From Nemertoderma westbladi (Eukaryota > Animalia > Xenacoelomorpha): 35,209 nt of DNA. A program made the position numbers and the translations under genes. Of this stretch, positions 1-9,242 are shown piece after piece (position 1 is the stretch's first letter; the number at the start of each line of letters is the position of its first letter). The stretch lies in NCBI GenBank assembly GCA_032718475.1, contig JAUCBJ010007782.1:1-35209 (forward strand), in the 5' to 3' direction. Below the pieces are notes generated by a model. It was not told the DNA's origin. It worked only from the letters and a program-made list of their open reading frames with translations, and did no database searches.

Positions 1-408
1 ACACCAAATCTCTGGATGGCACATTCACAAGAATGCTACGCCGGGTACATTGTGTCAAGTACAATATACACATCTCCAACCAGACACTATATAACATTGG
101 AGGTGTCTCATTGGTTCCCCCAAGCTTGACACTAGAACAAAATCGCCTCCGCTTTGCAGGACATTGCTTTCGCCGTGAGGACCAGCCAGTGCATAATCTT
201 GTACTTTGGCAGCCTCATGGAGTGAATAAGCATGGTGGACAGCCCATGACTTTCTTGAGACGCATCTTAAAGGACACTGGCCTTAAAGATGCGGATGATC
301 TAGCAAATGTCATGGGTGATAGGGAGTTGTGGCGGCGCAATTTTGTTGACAAGCCGGCACAGCATTCTTAAAAATGCAGCTACAATGCAGCATGCCGATC
401 CTAGTAGT
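1..408 (+). mobile_element. RTE-clade non-LTR retrotransposon (family A), 3' end with short 3'UTR and (TAG)n tail; runs off the window start
   Basis: Frame ending at 371 encodes the RTE ORF2 C-terminus (RLRFAGHCFRRED..LVLWQP..GGQP.TF...L.DTGL....L...M.DR..WR). It is followed by AATGCAGCTACAATGCAGCATGCCGATCCTAGTAGT. Near-identical to the reverse complements of ~21830-22235 and 34905-35209. Confidence 0.92.
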
Positions 409-3228
409 CCTAGTATAGCATTCTGATACTCATGAGACTTACCTAGCCAATCTAATTGTCTACAGATCTCCTGAATCTCATCGGAAAACTCTATAATTCC
501 GCTGCTAATAAACTTTCGGGGCGCTACCAACTTTGCATACAAATACCCAGCTATGTTATTCCTATTACCATACCTGATGTTTAGTGTATCCCAAACTTGT
601 CTTAATCCGTCTGGATGTCCAATAAACTTTAACGCCATTAACTTGGGAGATCCTTCCAAGCACTCGATGAGGAATCTAAGTTTCTCTCCATTAGACAGTA
701 CAGAGTTCTGTATGTTATCTTTGTAATATTCATTAAAAGGTAACCATTTCATCTCATCTCCATTGAACTTGACGATCTCTCCCATCTTTACCGCTTGCCG
801 GGCTTCGGTTCTAGCCATTTGACGCGTAAAACTTTCTTGGGCCATCGTGTTATTTAATATCGAGTTATCGGTATATAAATTTCTCGGATTATGATCAGCT
901 CTATAGGGAATGTCATTATCAACAGGCCTATAATTACTCTTAATAGGGTTCACTATAGGAGTTTCGACTTCGCTAGCAGTATATATGCGTGTAGGCTCCA
1001 CACCTTGCGCATGAGATACTTCAGACCTAACAGGTTGACACATTGTTACTGAGGGTGGTGGTATACCCCTTTTTGTATTTACTAATTTATCGCGTTCGAG
1101 CGCGATACTTTGCTGCACTTCTTGCAACTCTAGTCTACTTTCCCTTACTGTGCCCTTGAATTGCTGAACAGTCTCCTGTATCTGCCCGAGCAGGAGATCC
1201 ATCCCCCGCCGTCTCTCGTCCACCCATTCGACCGCCGAAGCGGGAGTCGCCAACGTTGTAGCGGGCGGACGAGGGACAACGGGCGACAAATTATGAATAT
1301 TTCGCTCGGGGTCCAGGACTTGAACTGTCTCCTGGGCAGTTCTACGGGGCACAGGTAGCTTAGTGCTATGCAGAGGGAATTTAGAGGTAACTTCAGGGAG
1401 TACAGGTGTTTCTATCACCGAAGGGGTGATTTCGAGAACAGGCCTAATTATTTCAGGCTCATCTACTATAGTAGGGAGTCTTTCTATTTTAATTATTTGG
1501 TCTGTGGGTTCTGTACTGCCTAAGTTGGTGTTATTTAGTTGCCTTCTAACAGCTGGAGGCAAATCAGGCAATTTCTGACGGTGGAATGTTCTTTTACGTC
1601 TGCTTAGACGAGATCTATTTCCTTTGCCTTCAGAATCGGTGGTATCGCCTTCCTCAGATGATGTATAACCTTGTCTTTTGGGAGTAGATCGATTCATCAT
1701 CTGCATATTACTAGCTGTTAACTGTTTATTTATGCAGTCTTGATTCTCTTGAAGATTTTCCAACTCCAGTTGGGTGATCTCTTCAGCCGCTCTCCGTTCT
1801 GCTTCCGCCACCGCTGCCGCTTTTGCCTCTGCCGCTGCCGCTTTTGCCTCTGCCGCTGCCGCTTTTGCCTTTGCCTCGGCTTCTGCTTTTGCCTCTGCCG
1901 CTGCCGCTTTTGCCTTTGCCTCGGCTTCTGCTTTTGCCTCTGCCGCTGCCGCTTTTGCCTTTGCCTCGGCTTCTGCTGCTGCCGCTTTTGCCTCTGCCTC
2001 TGCTTCTGCCAAGGTCGCTTTTCTTTCTGCCTCTGCTACGGCTGCTATCTTTCTGTCTTCTATACGTTTTTTCTTTACTTGTTCTTCCTTTTCTCTAGCG
2101 ATGCGGAGTTGTTCATCGAATTTAGCTTGATTCGCCGCTAACCTATCTACATCTATTGCATCCAACACACGCTGGGCTCCTTCACTATTAGGGCTAAGTC
2201 CATCTAGCCTTCTCCTCAACTCTTCATCTCCCAAAAAACGCTGATAGTCTGACAGATAGATGTCAATGGCATCCTTCTTATGCGGTTTCTCTGCCGTCGC
2301 TTCACTTTCCACTTGGGAAGAAGTAGCGTCCGTTGATTCTCCATGGGTTGAGCGCTCCTCCAACTGAGCTTTCCACTGAGCTGCTCCTTGAACCTGGCGA
2401 CTCACCCGTTGAAACCAAGTCTTTACGGCAACTTGCAACGACGTGTCTTGTCTTCTTTTAGAAGCCTCCTCAAAGGCTGATAAGATTAGCCTAATTCGCA
2501 GAATTCTTTCTCTAACTTGATAAAGCAGTTGTCCCTGCTCTTGAGGTCCTTGAGGTTGTTTAAACAGTTGTTTTTCTACTCGCTCCATAGAGCTGAAGAA
2601 TCCTTGTGCGTATCCGGCTGCGGACCTCTTCCATACAGCTGGATCGATGGTTTCCTTGGCTACTCCCATCCGGTGTATGTCTTCCCAGGCAGCTTCTGAT
2701 AAATCAAACGGGAGTCCGGGTCCGGGGAAGTTCCATTGCGACTCGACAATAGACTTCAGTTCTTCCCTCGTGTATCCCGCATAACTATCTCTAGTTGATC
2801 GCTGACTTCTCGCCCAATCGATCTGGTGTTCTTCCACTGCAATCAATAACCTAGTGAGTACGGCTGCAGGAAGGATGAGAAGGGGATCCGTATAAACCGC
2901 ATCCGTCATCTTTGCTCCGCGCTCGGGTGTCAGTTCTACAGTATCTTCGCTACTGGAGCTGTCGGGCCGCTGAGAAATAAATTCTTGGCTCGCGGGTTGT
3001 TGCTGTTCCGCTGCTTCTTGGTCCCGCTTGACCTGAGCTCGAGTGCCTGCCTATGATAGACCTACGATGTTGGACCAGCCTAGGTTCTGTTATTACTACT
3101 GGAGGGATGACCTTCCTCACAGTGGGAGGTGAACTGAACTTACGACTAGACGGTTCTACATCTCTATCTGAGTCGCAGATAGTTACATCTAATAAACTGT
3201 CTGACAGGTTCTGCTTAGTATCAGACAT
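409..3228 (-). pseudogene. Bel/Pao LTR-retrotransposon gag (DUF1759-like domain), interrupted at ~409 by the RTE copy and frameshifted near 3045-3052
   Basis: ORF 300..2909 contains KFNGDEMKWLPFNEYYKDNI...LSNGEKLRFLIECLEG.P......W..L..RYGN, the Pao gag DUF1759 pattern. Its last ~35 aa are antisense RTE tail. The upstream ORF 2950..3228 joins it in frame if one copy of the GCCT duplication at 3045-3052 is removed. Confidence 0.8.
1800..2012 (-). repeat. Coding minisatellite in gag (21-bp and 45-bp units) encoding Ala/Glu/Lys repeats (AKAKAAAAEAKAEAE)n
   Basis: GCTTTTGCCTTTGCC recurs at 1861, 1906 and 1951 (45-bp period), with a 21-bp subunit GCTTTTGCCTCTGCCGCTGCC. Confidence 0.9.
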
Positions 3229-3362
3229 GTTTATGTATACAGTTGAATGTCTACTGCTGTATTACAGTCTGAGCAAGTCTAGTAATTCAGTATTAACTGC
3301 TAGCCTAGTAATTAATTACCGATACTGCTACTCAGTGTAGCGTGATATATATATAATATATT

Positions 3363-3612
3363 AGAATACCGGTATACTTATAGTATATATAACTATATAA
3401 GTATTATTACAGACTAGGTTTATCACAGAATACCGGTATAATTTTAGCACAAATATATATAAATATATAATAGGCCTATCGGGAATACCGGTATACAGCT
3501 TACAGTTTGTAGTATATATAATTCTGGAATAGAATTAATTACAAGTACCGGTATAATTTCAGCCTAGATTTATAGAAATAAAGATAATAGGCCTATCGTA
3601 AATACCGGTATA
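3363..3612. repeat. Degenerate ~60-bp array with conserved palindromic core (A/G)TACCGGTATA and variable AT-rich spacers (5 units)
   Basis: ACCGGT at 3368, 3432, 3487, 3547 and 3604 (spacings 64, 55, 60, 57). Units 2 and 4 both end in ATAATAGGCCTATCG. Confidence 0.85.
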
Positions 3613-4548
3613 TTAATTATTTTAAATAATTGAATTTCTGTATTTTAGGGTTACTTGGTTACTTTACTTACTTTATTACCGTTATTTGAGCAGTAATCCA
3701 ACTGATATTGAGACCTAATGGTTGTATGGTAGGCCTACTATTTATAAATCGTTAGATTTGATTTATAATATATATATACCCGTTTTAATGGGTTTTGTCA
3801 ATGTTTGAAATAAATGTTATTATTTCTGGGGAACAATCACTACACAAAGCGGTGCGCTTTCAGTGAAGTGTTACTTATAGGACACTAAAACAAATAATGC
3901 TAATTTACCTAAGTTACTTAATACTACAAATTACGTACAATTCGGGTGAGATTACAATCTCTAAATAAACACAAAAATTTACAAAAACACAAAATACGAA
4001 TTTTCAGGGTAATTTTACAAGAAGTCTACAAACCAGCCTAACAAAGGGTTAGAAATCTGGTTATTACAACGGACAGGGTACTGCGGTATTTGAAAATAAT
4101 ACGTAGTAGTAAATACACTGCGTTGTCCAGATAGGAAAATACCACCGCCTGACGACCTATAGCCGTATCGCTATAGGTTCTACGTTATGTATCACGGAGT
4201 GTTCCTACCTAGAAGTTAATAGAGCTAATCGAACGTGCCTATCAACCACTTTACAACACAAATATAATGCCTACACTAATTACTTTCGGAAAGCACTGTA
4301 CACTAAACCCTAAATTAGGTACGAGTACTTGTACAACAGATAATCAGTAGTTAAATATACTTGAACAGCTAAAAGAACCACGGCATCTGCTGGAGTGACC
4401 GGTGCACAAAATCACCAGTCTTTACCTACGCCAAGCAGCCCGTGTAGTACCGGGGTTAATTTAACTATAGCGGTATGTATTAACAAACACAATTACTGTA
4501 GGAACAAACTTGGGGAATGAATGTTGCGAATAATCGCATAAACTCTGA

Positions 4549-5125
4549 ATAATAAATATTACGCTACGCGTACAAACTACTCAAACAAAATGCAGACGAA
4601 ATACCGACAGACTACTATCAAGCCTAAACAAACTACGGTATATGCAGACTCCGAAATGATTAGGTAGTATGCGTTCTAACTCAGTAGTACGACTTATTCT
4701 TTAGTTGGGGGTTTACCTTACAGCATTGGCTGCCCCTACTTCCTAACCGTTCTTTATCGGACAGAGGCCCTACACATACTGCAATCCGTTCAGACCTAAT
4801 AACAGCCAGACAACTATCCAGCCTACAAATTATCTAAATAAATATTATACGCTACCCGTACAGACTTACACAAACAAAGTACAGACTCAACGATGGCAGA
4901 CTACTCACAAGCCTAAATAAACTACAGGACATGCAGACTCCGAAATGATTAGGTAGTATGCGTTCTAACCCAGTAGTACGACTTATTATTTAGTTGGGGG
5001 TTTACCTTACAGCATTGGCTGCCCCTACTTCCTAACCGTTCTTTATCGGACAGGTGATCTACACACACTGCAATCCGTTCAGACTTAACAGCAATCAGAC
5101 AACAGTTCAACCTACAAATTGTCTG
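4549..5125. repeat. Tandem duplication, 289-bp period, two copies
   Basis: ATGCAGACTCCGAAATG at 4642 and 4931. The 123-bp cores (4642-4764 and 4931-5053) differ at 2 positions; the flanks align but are much more diverged. Confidence 0.95.
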
Positions 5126-5297
5126 TACAATCTGATCAGGCATACACGCCTTCTGTTCAATATTGACCTACAAATAAATAAAACTGACAGAAATAAGTAA
5201 GCTCCAAAAGAAACAAGGGGTGTACAGTCCCTAATCTCTTAAACAGCCTACCGGTATGCAACAATCAAATCGAATAATACTAATGTACTTATACGGA

Positions 5298-5420
5298 AGT
5301 ACCGGTTAGGACAGTTGGGCCTACGGACCTACAGAAGTACCGGTTCTGGCAGTTGGACCTACGGACCTACGGCAGTACCGGTTCTGGCGGTTGGGCCTAC
5401 TGACCTACTGAAGTACCGTT
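5298..5420. repeat. 38-bp tandem repeat (about 3.3 copies), consensus AAGTACCGGTTCTGGCAGTTGGGCCTACGGACCTACNG
   Basis: ACCGGT at 5301, 5339 and 5377, with variant ACCGTT at 5415. Confidence 0.9.
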
Positions 5421-6752
5421 CAGGTTTACCGGTTGACCGGTACTTTCCACTTTATTGCTTACTGCAATAAAGAAGCTATATTCGTTATTGTTCTTACCAG
5501 AACAATATTAAACTGTATTTAATGCCTACACTGCAATACAGACATATATCCGTTATTGTTCGCGCTTTCAGACCTTTGGCAGTTTAACCCGCCAAATTAG
5601 GATGTCTTCTAGATAATAAATCACTTTTAGCCTATGACAAGTATTTAATTCACTACACTAGTCGAAACCAATCTGTGCGCGATCATTCACCCGCTGGATA
5701 TACCCGGGAGATTGGGTTCGACGGCTTAATCTTATTGCTATGTAAGCTTAATGTATTATTCGACTGACAGTATTATATAATCTCTGACAATATTATTCAC
5801 CTTCGGGGAATATTAACAGTTCCTTTAGGACGTGGCGCTCTATCTATATACACAGAGTTATGACTTAAACTACTCACAACGATATGGCTTAGTTATAATT
5901 CACATATATGGCGCATTCTTTAGGAAATGCTTCGTTATCAGTATCACTCATACACAATGCTGCACAATACTGCACACTGATCTGCCGATCTTCACTGATT
6001 TTAGTTATATATAAAAGGAACACAGACCGACTCATGTAGGGTCTATCAAATAACATTAGATTCACTTCAAACCACTTTAACATAAGTCACAATCGTTATA
6101 TGTAACCTTTCTCTCTTACCTTCGGTATATCAAGAATATTGGGTTTTCGGGGTTATTTATCGTTATTCCAAATATAATAATTCATCAACCATATTATGAA
6201 GAACTGACAGTAAATAGCAGTATAACAATATAAAAGTATGCACAGGTATGTTTGATTAGGTATGTTGAGTTGCATGAGTTGTGACAATCAGTCATCAGTT
6301 TGGATTGATAACGGATATATGTCCTTATAATTAAGCCTACTAGTGTAAGGCACAGAGAAAGAGCATAAAAATTCCAAAGCCGCTCTCTTCCTGGCTTAGA
6401 ATCACAAAAAACACTAAAAACTGATAAGAATAACCTTATTTACAAAAGCTTCCACCCACCACAGAGAAAGAGCATACAGATAGGAAAATTCAGTTCAGTA
6501 GATCTGTGATAGGTCGAAATCAAAACCAACTCAAATCCTATTGGCAGGTACAGAAAGCAGGGCTGTGGAGCAACCTTCCCAAGCTGGTTGGACGATCAAA
6601 CATAGCCCAGATCCCTTCGCACAGCAAATCAGCCAATCAGCCGGTAGCTTGCACTATTCGAGTTATAGATCCCTTTTGAGAGTATTCCAGCGCCTGGGGG
6701 GAACTGGTTAGCAAGGCGAACGAATCAGTTATCCCACAAAAGCTTTTACAGT

Positions 6753-6791
6753 AATGCAGCTGCAATGCAGCATGCCGATCGTAGTAGTAGT
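6753..6791 (+). mobile_element. Isolated ~39-bp 3'UTR plus tail of RTE family A
   Basis: AATGCAGCTGCAATGCAGCATGCCGATCGTAGTAGTAGT matches 373-408 and the reverse complement of ~21823-21865. Confidence 0.85.
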
Positions 6792-6999
6792 CTATGTCTG
6801 CCGGTTCGTCAAGATATTCTTAGATGGTGACTCGTTATGGGGATTAACGATTTTTCAATATCTTACCGTATTCATCACTAGCCAGACCAGCCAGCCAACA
6901 CAACAATATCGCCAGACACAAAGATTGACCCACCTCCAACAAAGCCATTACACCCTTATATCATCATATGTATCTCTTGACTTTAAGTTTAAACCTTCC

Positions 7000-7395
7000 C
7001 GCGAAAAAATTGTCTGTTAATATGTAAGAATATTTTGTCCATGTATATAGAGCAACTCGAAAGCACAATCATTCTAAGATTATTGCTATGGGGGTTTTAC
7101 TGGTCGCGGATTTCATTTCGATTGTCAGATTTAAGATTTGATGTCTTCCAAATTGTCTGTTCGGCTGTCAGATATATTTTGACGGACAGACTGACAGGTA
7201 GTACATTTCAATACTGATATCAAATTAATTCACGCACCAAGAAAACCCATATAGGAATTTTTTTAGACCGATGGTATGTTTTCTATTGTTTTGGAGACAT
7301 ACTACAGTACTGACGGACAGACCGACAGTAAATCGGACAGACAGCCATATCTCGCGAAGTAAGACATACTTGGCTATTTTCACATTTGGAATATT
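7000..7395. mobile_element. Possible DINE/HINE-like (Helentron-associated) non-autonomous repeat remnant
   Basis: GACGGACAGAC(C/T)GACAG microsatellite-like motifs at 7181 and 7312, plus TGATATCAAATTAATTC. This is a resemblance only; no termini were identified. Confidence 0.25.
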
Positions 7396-7439
7396 GATTA
7401 CATCTGCTCTAGATCAAATAAAAATCGGTCAAGTAAACC

Positions 7440-7511
7440 AGTCGGCAATGACGTCCAGGTGGGATCGAACTGGTGAGCTCCGGGTTGGAAGTCTGACGCT
7501 CTAACCATTCA
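7440..7511 (-). mobile_element. tRNA-derived SINE head / tRNA pseudogene (copy 1, 5'-clipped)
   Basis: Minus strand reads TGAATGGTTAGAGCGTCAGACTTCCAACCCGGAGCTCACCAGTTCGATCCCACCTGGACG: part of box A, an anticodon-loop-like CTTCCAA, and box B GTTCGATCC. The T and acceptor stems do not pair. Confidence 0.7.
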
Positions 7512-7705
7512 TCATTGTGGCCGTTGGTTTCATGGTTAATACACGCTACCCTTTTATTGTAGCGAGTGGTTAAAGTCGGCCAAGTACTGTAGGGTTGAGC
7601 ACAGTGGCAGTATATGATGGTATAACAGATGGGAGGCCACGAGTAGGTAAATTGCGGACATAAAATGTATCAGTTAGTATTTCCAGGTCTATCTTTTACC
7701 TGAAC

Positions 7706-7783
7706 CGCTAGCTGAATGGTTACAGCGTCAGACTTCCAACTTGGAGGTCACCAGTTCGATCCAACCTGGACGTCATTGCCGAC
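7706..7783 (+). mobile_element. tRNA-derived SINE head / tRNA pseudogene (copy 2)
   Basis: TAGCTGAATGGTTA (Pol III box A) and AGTTCGATCC (box B) at tRNA spacing. It is the inverted match of 7440-7511. Confidence 0.72.
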
Positions 7784-8186
7784 TTTGCAAAAGCTGCGCC
7801 CAACAAAAGTTATAATAATGTGAAACCACTCATTCACCCATAACACCAATAAAAATGGTCATGTCAGGAATGTTTTACTTGAAAAATTATTCCGGAGCTT
7901 CCTACACTGCAATCTTCTAAAAGTCTCAAAACCGCGAACCCTGACTGATAGATTCGCCAGTAGTACCCCAGAAAGACAAGGCCATACTGGTTCAGAATGA
8001 AGCTACTCCACTCACCAAAAAAGGTTATCGTTCCATACCTGCCTCCGTCAATAAAAGTATACCAGAGCTCTTTCAGACACAAGTTACCATTTCGTCATCA
8101 CAGAACCTAGCCACTCAATCGATCAGTAGTAACCCACTAACAACAAAGACAGATGTTCGCAGTATGGATCCGTCACCTCAGGTCCC

Positions 8187-8319
8187 AATCGTTTGATTTG
8201 TGGGGTTTAGATGCAGGCATAATCGTTTGATTTGTGGGGTTTACAAGCATGCAAATCGTTTGATTTGTGGGTTTTACAAGCATGCAAATCGTTTGATTTG
8301 TGGGTTTTACAAGCATGCA
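8187..8319. repeat. 33-bp minisatellite, 4 copies
   Basis: AATCGTTTGATTTGTGGG at 8187, 8221, 8254 and 8287. Confidence 0.95.
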
Positions 8320-8610
8320 CATCTTCAGAATGCTGACGGCGAACTCCGTTGTCATAAAGTTAATGATGATGATATCTGCCCTGGCTCTGGCTCCTTCCAA
8401 CATCAACTTAATGACAACAATAAAACTATTGGTATTGCTTCAGCTACACCCACCCCCTCTAAGTGATTGCCCCTATGGTATTCCACCATCTATTTCACCA
8501 GTAGTGCTTACTCCCCATGACATTCTTGCCATCATCGTTCTGCCAGGTGTAGGGTGCTCTCTGTAGCAGAGATAGCAGAAGCCAGAAAGATTAAGCACAA
8601 CATTGGGGAA

Positions 8611-9242
8611 TATTGTGTTTGGTACACACCTATTTCAATTTTTTGGCAAAAATTTTTAATAAAAAAAAATGAATGAATGAATGAATTTCGCAGATATAGG
8701 TGTGTACCAAACGCAAAAGTGACTCACTTTAGTATTGCGTTTGGTACACACCAATTCATTAAAAAAAAAGACAAGTTTGGATATATTTTTTATAAGAATG
8801 TAGAAAATTTAAGGAAAAGAAAAACATCAATTGTAATTGGATAAATATAAATAAAAATTAACTAATTAAGAGAAAGTTTACATATAAAAGAATAAATCAC
8901 AGTAGTAGAGTTCTTTAAACGAAAAAGTTCAATTTATAGTTTCATTTGTCTTTTAACTGATTGCAGTGAATGCGCAGCCAAGCAACAAAGGGAGATTGTG
9001 GGTTTCTGCTATCGCGTCCGCAGTTGCCAAGAAAAGTGGCAAACTGTATCTTGTTTCGGCTCACAACTTCACCTTTACAAGCGACTTGCCAAAACTGCCT
9101 TCAAAGTCGTCGCTTGAGGCCCGCATGTACAGCTTCAATATGATTAGTGTGTATTAAGCTACAATTAACTATATTAAATAGTACAATGAAATAAAAATAA
9201 AACTTTGAAAAAAATTGAAATAGGTGTGTACCAAACGCAATA
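8611..9242. mobile_element. Non-autonomous TIR DNA transposon (MITE-like) with an internal second TIR pair
   Basis: TATTGTGTTTGGTACACACCTATTTCAATTTTTT (8611-8644) is the reverse complement of 9209-9242 with one mismatch. Extra TIR copies lie at ~8696-8716 and ~8733-8752. A direct repeat AGCACAACATTG flanks the unit at 8594-8605 and 9244-9255. Confidence 0.8.

Larger units (their letters stand above)
409..6738 (-). mobile_element. Probable 5' half of a Bel/Pao element (gag plus long leader and possible 5' LTR); upstream boundary uncertain
   Basis: Gag homology is solid. The minus strand reads TGTGGGATAAC from 6738, like an LTR start, and CCAAT-like boxes lie at ~6540 and ~6632. I found no primer-binding site or second LTR, so the extent is inference. 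Confidence 0.35.

Noticed and set aside
1740-2141. Plus-strand Cys/Arg, Ala/Ser and Leu/Pro repeat ORFs
   Set aside because: Antisense shadows of the gag coding minisatellite.
3363-3612. Conserved core plus variable spacers as a CRISPR-like array
   Set aside because: The core is only ~11 bp and the spacers are related to each other (alternating A/B), which fits a decayed tandem repeat or binding-site cluster.
5625-5730. Hammerhead-like three-way junction (CTATGA...GTCGAAAC...)
   Set aside because: The core lacks the G of CUGAUGA, stem II has no closing pair, and the cleavage triplet is out of register; kept only as a hairpin.
6640-6730. HDV-like ribozyme (GGCGAA...) next to the RTE tail
   Set aside because: I could not build P1, P3 and P1.1; only a 5-bp P2-like pairing is present.
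3230-6750. tRNA primer-binding site and exact LTR limits for the Pao element
   Set aside because: Candidates ending in CCA (~4417, ~6461) did not match any tRNA 3' end I know, so they are not called.
7702-7775. Functional tRNA-Gly(TCC) gene
   Set aside because: The acceptor, anticodon and T stems do not pair properly; treated as a SINE head or pseudogene.
7945-8195. About 80-codon stop-free plus-strand stretch (LIDSPVVPQKDK...)
   Set aside because: No start, no convincing splice signals and no recognisable motif; left unassigned.
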